Part shown: positions 51,701 through 60,962 of the stretch, one piece after another | Layout of the letters: the number at the start of each line of letters is the position of its first letter | Position numbering within the stretch: position 1 is the stretch's first letter | Source of the DNA: Kudoa neothunni | Taxonomy: Eukaryota; Animalia; Cnidaria | Assembly (NCBI GenBank): GCA_964304625.1 | Contig: OZ199838.1 | Coordinates: 7,865,197-7,929,196, forward strand | Direction: 5' to 3' | DNA: 64,000 nt | The notes under the pieces: generated by a model | What the model was told of the DNA's origin: nothing | The model's database searches: none | What the model saw: only the letters and a program-made list of their open reading frames with translations | Position numbers and translations under genes: made by a program

Positions 51701-53176
51701 TCCGGAATGTTTACCATTGCTCTGTTACTATTATTAACTTTGTGGAATTAGTGTTTTTGATCTTATCAATTATGGTATATGATTAGGTTTACATTCAATT
51801 TATTGGAGATTAGGCGTATAAATCAACCGAAGAACTCATCATAATATCCAAATTGTTAACAATTACTAGAATAATATTCTTAACAACCCATATTCCAAAA
51901 TCACTTTTGATAACATTTAAACTCCTTATTAAAAATCTTGTTCCCTTGTTACTAGCATTTATTGGATTTTTGATGTGTGCCTCAATCGTTGCTCAAAAGG
52001 TAAATCCAATCGAAAAAATTTTCGGCATATATATTTAGATATTTTATTACGTTGAAGTTGAGGATGGTTCCAATTTCGGTCTGAATTTTAATACAACATC
52101 GAATTCATTTGTCACGCTCTTCAGGTATGGATATCATATCGTTACTTTTTTGATTAGTAACTTGTACGTAACAATATTTATAAAAATTTCAAAACACGCT
52201 TTATAAATCAGTTATATTAAGAATTTCATCGGAAATTGCTGTTTCATGATAGTTAACATGTTTTAGAATAGATATTAATTTTTTTATTTCTAAATTAGGA
52301 TGGCATTTTTTGAAAATTGGTATGGCGTAATGCAAATCGAAACTTCAACAAACAAATGCGGCAATAAGAATTATGAGGGCTGTGGTTCTAAGTTCTCCTA
52401 TATTTTCTTCCCTTTCTTTGTTTTAATATCGATATTTATTGTAAGTAAAAATATATGTATGTACAAAATATAACTCTCTTTATAAGATTAAAAATATATA
52501 TTTATCAATGTTAATTGATACTTGCGAGTTTTGTCTTATCAGCAAAGATCGACACAACGTTGGGCCATCTCATCTCCATGAATTCATTGAAACATGGTCT
52601 TATTTCGATCCGAATGCAACGTAATTTTTAAATTGCATTAAATGAAAAATGATGATGTAATAGAGGGAAGGTCAAATATTCTTGTCTTTATCAGATTGTA
52701 GGCATGCTTTCTTATCCATTAGGGTCTGAATGTGTGTTATGTGATCATCTAACAAATATGGTAATGACGTGTTTTAAGGTTTCACTAATTTAAATAGATA
52801 ACGTTATCCACTAAAACACCAATAGAGAAAGATGGCTACATCGTTTTTCACAAGACATTATTTTCTCTAATTTGGAGAAGCCTATTCATCAATGAATTTG
52901 TACAAAAACACGAAAAATGTGAATTTTTAAAATGAAATTAGGGAATCACGAGTATGCGTCACAACATAAACGATAATTTATCAGTTATCGAGAAGCTAAA
53001 AATCATACTTCCAAACATGACCCAAAATTTCATAAAAAATTTTGTTATTGAAGGTCTTTTAAAATTCTACTAACTATGTTTTTAATCTTAATTTAGATAC
53101 TGATACCCTCCATACGGGGAAAATTTCATATATCAAGTTACTTTATAAACGATTCAAGAGTACAGCAGGATATTAA
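20581..53176 (+). CDS. Divergent four-domain voltage-gated calcium channel alpha1-like subunit (Cav1/Cav2 type), about 36 exons, about 1,475 aa
   Basis: Hand-spliced GT-AG exons keep frame with no internal stop: 20581-20719, 20759-20922, 20969-21073, 21118-21257, 21298-21404, 21445-21782, 28385-28494, 28542-28760, 28808-28983, 29021-29133, 31998-32110, 32149-32280, 32322-32391, 43699-43807, 43849-43998, 44042-44156, 44197-44335, 44378-44437, 50346-50455, 50493-50589, 50635-50736, 50785-50834, one ambiguous micro-exon near 50887-50934, 50983-51083, 51123-51288, 51332-51496, 51558-51647, 51685-51774, 51814-51999, 52039-52124, 52299-52440, 52487-52620, 52664-52760, 52798-52899, 52942-53053, 53097-53176. 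Motifs include KSLFLF..NN.LRKY, TIIAN, YLRDPLNILDF, LRVLRP, AID-like LEGYTDWL, and EF-hand-like GPSHLHEFIETWSYFDP. The start codon is less certain. Confidence 0.88.
22758..24001 (-). repeat. Non-autonomous Helitron-like repeat, copy 1 (similar copy at 41061-42300)
   Basis: Minus-strand end TGCCAGGCAAAGCTGGGCA (imperfect hairpin) then TTAGCGCTAG|T. About 1.24 kb colinear with 41061-42300. No ORF. Confidence 0.65.
24571..26786 (-). mobile_element. Degenerate piggyBac transposon in Cav intron 6
   Basis: 35-bp inverted repeat CCCTCCGAGTAAAATTGG.. at 24571 and 26573-26607, plus an outer copy ending 26786 followed by TTAA. Frameshifted ORFs with IDES, CDNYFTS and WPLIVFFNMVDI. Confidence 0.85.
26943..27980 (-). 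mobile_element. Highly degenerate pogo/Tigger remnant
   Basis: TA|CAGTGGGCGTCGG end. Minus-strand fragments PRCFKN and SNKKPWM near 27120-27190. Right boundary approximate. Confidence 0.55.
28385..29133 (+). CDS. Cav-like gene exons 7-10 (IS6, I-II linker with AID, IIS1-S3)
   Basis: LILGLLS, HEKLEGYTDWL, SKELYWAELIVILINT. Introns of 47, 47 and 37 nt. Confidence 0.85.
31998..32391 (+). CDS. Cav-like gene exons 11-13 (IIS3-S5, start of domain II pore loop)
   Basis: FKSYKILKLL (S4), a hydrophobic S5, and NYKSFYDGFISTFQ. Introns of 38 and 41 nt. Confidence 0.8.
32598..34498 (-). mobile_element. Degenerate pogo/Tigger transposon (same family as 44601-49064)
   Basis: ORF 33104-33385 has IFLP..TTS..QPTDLGIV. 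The end at 34440-34498 is reverse-complement similar to 44601-44655. TA|CGGTAAAGG at the other end. Confidence 0.7.
35733..39061 (-). mobile_element. Full-length MULE/Mutator transposon (3,329 bp) in Cav intron 13
   Basis: 9-bp TSD TAAAGTTAT (35724-35732, 39062-39070). TIRs of about 100 bp (35781-35876 vs about 38959-39054, tips GATAGTGGC / GGCAGTGGC). Transposase inside. Confidence 0.93.
36359..38762 (-). pseudogene. MULE transposase (FAR1-like N-terminus, MULE DDE, SWIM finger), 5 exons, about 741 codons, one internal TAA at 38229-38231
   Basis: Exons 38762-38038, 37989-36836, 36795-36733, 36679-36491 and 36453-36359 sum to 2,226 nt in frame. Motifs CPF..HNH, LDATYKL, TDK, CIFHV, TNNRLEAIN, CNC..LPCSH and GRPKG..TIG. 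Confidence 0.88.
40431..40968. repeat. pogo-derived non-autonomous element, copy A (433 bp shared with 49103-49535)
   Basis: TA|CAGTCATGCCTCGGTATTGCG end. 40536-40968 is nearly identical to 49103-49535. Cut at an A^T site by a Helitron-like 3' end (CTAG at 40969). Confidence 0.75.
41061..42300 (-). repeat. Non-autonomous Helitron-like repeat, copy 2
   Basis: Colinear with 22758-24001; ends where the 42301 element begins. Confidence 0.65.
42301..43469 (+). mobile_element. Non-autonomous Helitron-like element
   Basis: 5' end A|TCCTTTATATATATAAAAG. 3' end CCC..CGCCGGGCAGTTCCCGCTAG|T. No TSD. 5' part is similar to about 54690-55080. Confidence 0.7.
43699..44437 (+). CDS. Cav-like gene exons 14-18 (domain II filter, IIS6, II-III linker, IIIS1-S2)
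   Basis: IFTGSNI, LAVFYNL, RSLFLFGQKNRIKK, AEYLF..FFLLEALIK. Introns of 40-43 nt. Confidence 0.85.
44601..49064 (+). mobile_element. Degenerate pogo/Tigger transposon in Cav intron 18, with a hAT inserted in its right end
   Basis: TA|CAGTCGTGTCTCGGTATTGCG left end. Decayed DDE_1 fragments (NLDKT, FLPK.T). The right end ..CTTGCCG|TA resumes after the hAT TSD. Confidence 0.7.
46500..49049 (-). mobile_element. hAT transposon of the Buster/Charlie (ZBED5/SCAND3-like) type, 2,550 bp, frameshifted
   Basis: 8-bp TSD ATCTAGAC (46492-46499, 49050-49057). 15-bp TIR CAGCGCTTCCCGATT. ORFs with a BED finger (CILC..KPSKL..H..H), KPHTIAE, LSNN, CTDGAP, HCILHRQAL, EVRWLSRG and CEAGFS. Confidence 0.95.
49076..49914 (-). 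repeat. pogo-derived non-autonomous element, copy B, with a 34-bp perfect palindrome
   Basis: Ends in CGCAATATCGAGGCACGACTG|TA, the reverse complement of the 40431-type TIR. Shares 433 bp with copy A. Minus-strand MPRIQRDFDERFKII resembles a pogo N-terminal HTH start. Confidence 0.7.
50346..53176 (+). CDS. Cav-like gene final exons (domains III and IV, C-terminal EF-hand and IQ-equivalent region)
   Basis: SYLRNVMNALE, FCSDRTK..DC, YNYENV, TTKQLWP, TLFRMAFFENW, GPSHLHEF..W..FDP, PLG, VFHKTLFSLI, TGKI. TAA stop at 53174-53176. Confidence 0.88.
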
Positions 53177-53511
53177 ATTGGTTGGAAACTCAATATTTAA
53201 CCCCTTCAGTCCGGAAAAATCCAGACGAACTAAAAAATGTTAGACTATTCACATTAATTTTATGTTACGAAATAAATTATGATCGTTTTTGAAATTATTA
53301 CAGATAAAAAAATAAAAGGGCCGTGAACATTTCACAGACAATTATATCTCTAAAACTGACTGATAGAATTTAATGAAATTTTATATATTGACATAGTCCA
53401 TAAAGAACAATTGATTTCTAAATTTATAAGCATATACACACTGGCTATATAGATGACCTTAAAATAAAGCGCGCGACTGAACATAAACATGTTTTTAACT
53501 TTAGAACCGGG

Positions 53512-54680
53512 TTGATTACCAAATTATTTATTCATAAAGGTATTCAAATGTTTTATAACTCTATAACGACAATTTTTCTTGATTGTGCGCGTGTCTCACA
53601 TCAATTTGTGCGCTATAACGATGAGTCACAATTTATTCAGCGTTGGCACGACACGAAGTTTAATTCTTTTAAAAAACTAGAAAATGATGTGAAGATTTAT
53701 GAGAAGGAATCATATTCTAATTTGCACAAACGCCAGGCAAGAACCCTCTTGAATATTACAGGCAGAATAACAAAATCAATTAATCCGCTTCTTCGGTACT
53801 ACGAAATTACATATAGATGTATTTTCGGTGGTACTAATAGGCACAGAAAAAAATGGAGAAAGAAATAAAACAACCGCCCAGTTAAAATCACATTGAGAGT
53901 ATCAGGGGATAGATTGTCGCTTGAAGTGCGTTCCTCTTTATTTAAGCACAACCATTAATGCAATGAAATTATTTTCAAAAATTTACCAAACCAAAGAAGG
54001 ATTGATCTCAGAGATTATCCAACTTATTCACCCAGGTGCAAATAAAAATCTTATCCAGTCAACGATTCAATCAGACACGGGGAAAACGAAAAACATGAGA
54101 TTAAAATTTCTTCATATCATGAAAACCAATCCCGATACCTCCCTAAACTCTTTAATCAAAATAGAAAGATTGCTAAAAGAAGATTTTGGTTGATTCGTAA
54201 GAATTTTATACAGAGAGCCAAAGATAGTCAATGGAATATTTTTGATTGACCAAGATAGGAAAAGGTTTTTGGAATTTTATCCTGAAATCATATTTGTTGA
54301 TGCGACATACAAACTTTTAAACAGGAGGAATTTATAAAATTAATTTTTTAGAGTATCCTTATATTGATCAGCAGAGGAAGATTCAACAGGACGAACATAC
54401 ATTACAAGTGTTTGTGTTATGTATGAAGAAACGGAGCAGAACATCCAGTGGTATTGTAATGTTTTAAGTGAATTGGTGCCAACGTTAAAAAACAAGTTGT
54501 TTTCGATTACAACTGATAGGGATGAAAAACTTAGAAAATGTCTGAGAAAAACTTCCCTAACACTTCATTAATCTTTTGCAAGTTTCATGCTATGCAAAAT
54601 TTTCAGAGTAATTACCACAAGTAAGTTTCTATTTATAGCGTCAAAACGCCAAGAAATTCTGAAAATTTTTCAATCAATTA
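53512..54680 (+). pseudogene. Degenerate MULE transposase related to 36359-38762
   Basis: LRYYEITYRCIFGG, GANKNLIQ.. and FYPEIIFVDATYKLL parallel the near-intact MULE. Many stops and frameshifts. Confidence 0.8.
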
Positions 54681-57560
54681 TCTATATCTACTGTCTATCC
54701 GCTACATACACAAAGCTGAAGTGTGCGTGTGCAAGTACGCATGTGCGTCAAAATTGGTTCCTTATAGAGAGACATATATGAAATTTTTTAAAAATCATTA
54801 AATTGTTTTCATACTACGAAATGTTCCTAAAAGTGTTTAGAAAATGGTGATTTTGTCGATTCAAAGTTTGTTACACGTATTATCCGGTTGCAATAATAGG
54901 ATTAACACCTGCTTATGTCATGGTAACGATCGGATGAAGTTAACTTTCCTCCTTATATGCTTTATCAAATTTAAATTAAGCGATATCACCTGACTTTTCA
55001 TATAATGTTAGCGTGTATATTTGGGTTTTTGCGCATACACACTTCTTTTGTCAGGAGTTTTAACGTATATGACTTGATTAGGGTAATGGTGTACTTACCG
55101 GCTACCAAAATTCGGCATGATTTCGTGATTTTTTTTCTGCCGATTTTTTCGTAGATTAAGTTCATTCACTCTAAAAAGTTGCAGCATACAAATATAAATC
55201 CATTTTTTTTGTTTCTAATGTTTCCTAAATTCGTTGTCATAATTCTTTGTATGTTGTATTAATCTCCGTTATGATACTACTTTAGGTATTGTTTTCTTGT
55301 TTTAACCAATTTGAATTAATGTTTTTGTGAAGTTATCCTCTTTAATTATTGAAAAATGATTTTTAAAATATGTGGAATCTACTTATTTGCCGATTTAATC
55401 AATTAAAAATTGAATCATTTTATTTTGGAAATTTTCACAATATACAGATTTAAAATGGAAAAATCAAAGTTTATGAGTAATGTTACAAAAGAATTTTGGT
55501 TTTTTTTAGTTTAGAATTTTTTTATGGACAATTTTCTACCAAAAAGTAGCCAATATTTTACATTTTACGAAATGAGCTAAACATATTATTTTATTTTAAC
55601 TAATAATTTTTAAATCTTGTGGCAATTTCTTTTTCTATCTACTCCAAATGTTTCTTGTTTATGCATAAAGTTAAAACCCATTTTAACAATAATATATCTT
55701 TCTCACAAAACGTTCAAAAATATACCTTAGGCGTAGCTAAATCAGTTAATACAAAGCTTATAGAATTATATATTTTATTACAATATTTTTAAAGTTTAAT
55801 GATTTGAATGTTGTTTATTCTTTTATAATTATATTTTAACACTTTCATTATAACATAGTATATTCATTTGTAAAAGTCTTATTTGATAAAGTTGATTTTA
55901 CACGTCACATATAAAATCAGACAGTTTATTCAGTTAGGTAATATTTATTAATAATATTCAAATAGTTGTTAAATAAATTGAGTTTCCCGCCCATAATAGA
56001 TCGGAACCATTCTTCATGTAGGTAACTATCGAAATTTAGTCGACTCATACCTCTCTTAATTTTAAGGATCTTAAGTTTGAGCCGATCCCAACAAGATTCG
56101 ATAGTATTTGAATGTGCTCCATTAATACACTAACTTTGGGGATGGTTGATTCGAATGTGATTGTAGCCTCGTTCTCAATTATTGGTATCAGAGTTTCATG
56201 ATTTCTTCTTTGAACACTGAAATACCTTACCTCTTTTAGAGTCCTTTTCCCATCAGGATCAACTGAGCACAAACAAAGACCAAAAACCCAGGGACCGTCC
56301 ACCCTATTCCCATATTTTTCAGAATTCGAACATAGAGCTAATTTATAAAATTTACTATCGTATAATTAAATAACATATACACATATATTCGTCGGACAAT
56401 TCTCCACAATCAGGGCAATACTCACTTCCACTTCCATCCGCCTAGAAGACATAACAAATTAATTAAATTTTTTTTCTTATTACTGTCACTTCATTCTCAG
56501 GGATAAAAATTTCCTTTGTAGAAGAATGTTTCCAAGAATCTCCATTCAAGTAACGGCCCCTGTTATTTCTTCTTTTGTCATGTAATAGACTTTCATCAAT
56601 TTCAATAATGTATCCTTCACCGCCGAATTTTTGTAGATTGAGGAAATGGTTTGTACAAATGGTTCGAATTTTAATAAACCAATTTATCATCGATTTTTTG
56701 GAGACAGAAACCATTGATGAGATTGATTCAATAGTATTATCTAAAGATCAATAGTACTAGATCTTTAATATATTCTTGGTAGAGAATTTTTGTTTTGTTC
56801 CCTCATTATTTCCGGTAAAAAAGGTTTTTTTGTTTGGACATAGTTTTGTTTTACATCTGTCTTATTTAATAAAAACCATTTATTGTATTTCAATTACCTT
56901 CTACATACGTATATAACTATGTTTTCATTATTATTTAATGAAGAAATCAATTGGCTAGTTTCCTTTCTCTTTCTTGTAGAGGTATACATTGTGCCGCAAC
57001 CTCTACAGTTTCTACATTGTTTTGGAAAGCCATGGACGATTTTTTTCGAAACCAAGAAATTAAATAGAATCCCGTTATTATTTATAAGCAAAAAAAAACT
57101 CATCGTCTGATTTCATATCAACCATTGCCGCCTTATTTTCTGAAACGTGCGTCCTTAAGCTTAAGTGATAAAATACAAACTTTAATCACATATATGCGTA
57201 ACTATATTAGATTCTAATATTATATTATTATGTGGTATATATCGCGATAAAATGTGAGAAAACATATAGTTTGAGGATCTTTTTAATTGGCGTCACGTGT
57301 TATGTTATGCTCAATTAATGGATTATGACAACGAATTTAGGAAACATTAGAAACAAAAAAAATGGATTTATATTTGTATGCTGCAACCTTTTAGAGAGAA
57401 TGAACTTAATCTACGAAAAAATTGGCGGAAAAAAATCACGACATCATGCCGAATTTTGGTAGCCGGTAAGTACACCATTACCCTTGATTAGTATATTTTA
57501 AAAGTTTTATTAATGGTTTAAAATATGCGAAAAAGTCTATGTTCGCATCTTTTGTAGCGA
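54681..57560 (+). repeat. Helitron-like repeat (family of 42301-43469) split by the Merlin insertion
   Basis: AAGTACGCATGTGCG..GTGATTTTGTCGAT..TATATGACTTGAT colinear with about 42350-42730. Similarity resumes after 57491. Boundaries approximate. Confidence 0.6.
55082..57482 (-). mobile_element. Merlin (IS1595/ISXO2-like) transposon, degenerate, with TIRs of about 160 bp
   Basis: 9-bp TSD CTTGATTAG (55073-55081, 57483-57491). TIR GGTAATGGTGTACTTACCGG.. Fragments IIEIDESLL..RRNNRGR, VDGPWVFGL and QRRNHETLIPII. Confidence 0.9.
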
Positions 57561-58527
57561 TTTGACAAAGAATTCTATAATCAGATAGATTGAAGATTTA
57601 TAATTAGTGCACGCAATTTTCGACGCTATTATGCATAAAGGAGATTATACACTGATATGCGCAAACATCTCTGACTCGAAAAACACAAATTAACATTACA
57701 TATAATTATATTTTAATTTCACGATTTTAATATAATTGTTGTATCATAGAGATTTTTCCTTTCGAAAGAGATGTCCTCTCACCTGAATGAACATGCCTAA
57801 TCCTAATCTCCAAAAAATTTTATTTGCGAATGAAGACAACGGTTTGTTTAAAAAATATTGTCGGAAAAATTAGCATTGCATTGCTAAAATCTTTTTTTTT
57901 CAAGCACTGTAAATAAGTGCTTATTAACGGAAGTTTTAAAACTAGAAAGTGAACGTGTTGAAGGACATTATTTTGGGGAAAAACTTCTAGGTCTAGTGTG
58001 ATTATCTATTATTTTAAATGATAACCCATCATACACATTAGCTGAAACAAGAGAAATCTTTATTTTTTGATTTTTGTGATCTCTAAATAACGAAGGGGAC
58101 TAGAAGATATATGCTTTAACGATTCTATAATTCAACGATGCTTCAACAATGCAAAATGTTTTTGCACATGGTTTTGTTTTGTGGGTAAATTTAACTGGTA
58201 GCATTTGTAAACAAATTCATTTTAAACAATTTCTAAATTAACTCAATCCTCAATAAAATGCTCCGAATTACAACTTTCCCCCATTCTTATTAAGGCGCCC
58301 TTTCCGAAACACATCGAAAAAATAAACGTCGAACCATCATAATAAAATCGCCGGTTTAAATCGATCGAAAATTGCATGCCCTAGATATATCCCATTAAAT
58401 ATTGTAATTACACAAAAAAACGATAAAGAAATTAATTTATGTTTAAACCAGGTACGTCCATGAGCCAAATAAGGTTTAGTTTATAATTATAGAAAATCGC
58501 ATAACTACTAATTATGAAACCCAAGTA

Positions 58528-59790
58528 CAGTAGATGACGGCTCGTGCGCACCTGCCATGATTTAATGACTTACACAATACTGTGACTAATTAAAATGAAT
58601 CGAATAAAAGCACAACAATTATAATAAATTATTAAAACCTTAGTTTTTGTTTTAATTCGTTTTATATAAGAATTAGCTCCAATTTACTGCTCGAGGGCAC
58701 TTGAAGAAAACCAAGAAGTTACGTTTTTGAAAGATAAAGTGGATATAATGCCATATTATGAAAGAATATCGAATGGGAAAACAGGTAAACTAAAATCCTC
58801 AATTATTTTAACTTAAAATATCTATCCTCTTTTTAAATAGGATTTGGGGTAATAAAGAATCCATTATGAAGTCTCATAATGGAATGAAAATTACAAATAA
58901 CCACAAAAAATTTACTATTTCTATGAATGATGCTCTAATTTATTTGAGAAAAATGTACAAATTGTTCAGAAAACGAAATTATCAAATGTTATCTACGGTC
59001 ATAGATCTAGAGACGACGGTTTACGATTCAAGAATGTCAGAGCTTACCAGTAAAATATTAAAAACTTTTAATTATATTTTATTGAGAATATTAATTAATT
59101 TTATGAAATTATGCATATCAATATATATTAAATTTATCTTGATTATTAACTCTTACTTCTACTTCTCATGAGTACAGAAAATAATTCATTTGTTACGCAA
59201 CACTTCCTTAAGATATAATGATTCATTAAGAAAGTTTTCTGCATGTTTATATTTAAAATCGTTCAAACCTTTATGATTGCAGTAAACAATAATTTTGATT
59301 GCAATAAAATTTGATGTGTGAATTGCATCTATTATTTTTTTAAATTTTTGTTGACAGAAATCATTGGTATTATCATCACGTCGTCTAAATGGTTTGTTTC
59401 TACAAATTAAAGTCAAGGGTCGACTAGATCAGCGCTTCCCAACTAAAACAAGACTCGCACCCCTTTGCATACGTTAAGGTGTAATAACTTAAAATTTATC
59501 AAAAATTATTTTCAATTTTGATCGGATCTCGCACCACCTGAGACCAAAGTTCGCACCCCCAGTTGGGAACCCCGGACTAGATTAATCGCATCTTTCTTTA
59601 CATGATTGCTATAATAAAATTTTATTTTATTAATATACTTTTGAATATAAATACAAACATAGTGATAAATAAGAGAGACTAAACTGTAAGAGCCCATATT
59701 AAAACTTTTCTTTGTCCACATGCGTCATGACGGCTCGAGGGCACCTCGAACCCAATTCCCATTTTAGTGCCCACGACCTGTCACCTACCG
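58528..59790 (+). mobile_element. pogo/Tigger deletion derivative
   Basis: TA-flanked imperfect TIRs of about 24 bp (CAGTAGATGACGGCTCGTGCGCAC vs CGGTAGGTGACAGGTCGTGGGCAC). ORF 58866-59171 weakly resembles a pogo C-terminal helix. Confidence 0.65.
59430..59574. mobile_element. 145-bp hAT MITE
   Basis: 8-bp TSD GACTAGAT (59422-59429, 59575-59582). Left TIR CAGCGCTTCCCAACT; right TIR imperfect (AGTTGGGAACCCCG). Confidence 0.85.
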
Positions 59791-60962
59791 TATACTGGAT
59801 GTTATACTTAATTATGTTTGTTTCTAAATTTCTCATCGACTTAAAAATAAATAATAAGTACTTACATCGAAACAGATGAATAAATTAAAGTTAAATTATT
59901 TAATAGCCAACTACTCCATGAAAATTAACAAGATATTGAAAACAAACAAAATCATATTTCAATTCATGATTAAATGCCAGTAACACGTGAATAGGTAGGT
60001 ATCTTGTTAAGAATATGATCAAAAAAGTCCTAATAATCTTTGTAAATTTATCATAACCATTCGTCGTGTAGATACGAATCCAATCGATTTTTGGTTACAC
60101 TTTGAGCATTATACGAATATTTTTCGACAATTTGGTTGCTATCTTCAGGTGATGAAATATTATTTATTCTTCTCTTTATATTTTATATTTTCAACGAATT
60201 ACGCCTACAACAATTTTTGCATTTGCCAGGGCTTCGGAGTAAATTTTTCTCGACAACGAATTTCTTTTTTTTTCGCTATCTATCAACCGGTAAACTGTAA
60301 AATTGGCGCTGACCCTTGATTAATACCATGATATGGAGCTGATCAAACAACACGCTAACCAGAAATCATTGCATTCTCCGAATTTCTATTAATTAATATG
60401 GTTTATCCATTGAAACCCAGGAGTTTTATGTTTTTAATTGTGATAAGTCTGAAGATTAATCACACGCCATTTATTCTTGTATATTAAATCAGGGATTCAC
60501 AAGAAAACTTAAGTTTTATTTAAATTATAAATTAAGATAAACATTTGAAAGTAACAAAAGTATTAATTGATTTTACATATTCTCCATACATAATAAAGCA
60601 GATTCATATCAAAACCTACTACCACAATGTAATAAAATAATGAAAAAATAATAGTTTAAGGAAACTAAAATTAAAAGTCAATATTAAATAAATTACAAGT
60701 AAAAAACTGCATCAATGTTGCATGCGCATACTAATGCGCGTGCCTCGATTTGAGCCGAACGAATATTAATGAAAAAAATTATACTTATAATTTGAAACAA
60801 CTTTATGGTTGTCCCATATTTTAAAATCGTGATAATTCAATTATTAATAAAATCGGAAAGATTAGAGTCGCGCAACAGGTTTTATTTTGGGAGCTACACA
60901 CTAAACAATTACCGTAATTGAATATATGGATGACGTTTCTAAGGTAACGACGTCTTTATTAA

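Noticed and set aside
20581-53176. Calling the channel NALCN, Nav, Cav3 or CatSper, or assigning a CACNA1 symbol
   Set aside because: The AID-like and GPxHLxEF motifs point to Cav1/Cav2, but divergence is too high to choose a subtype by eye.
53197-53230. TTAA-CCCCTT piggyBac-like end just after the Cav stop
   Set aside because: No partner TIR or transposase fragment found; too short to support.
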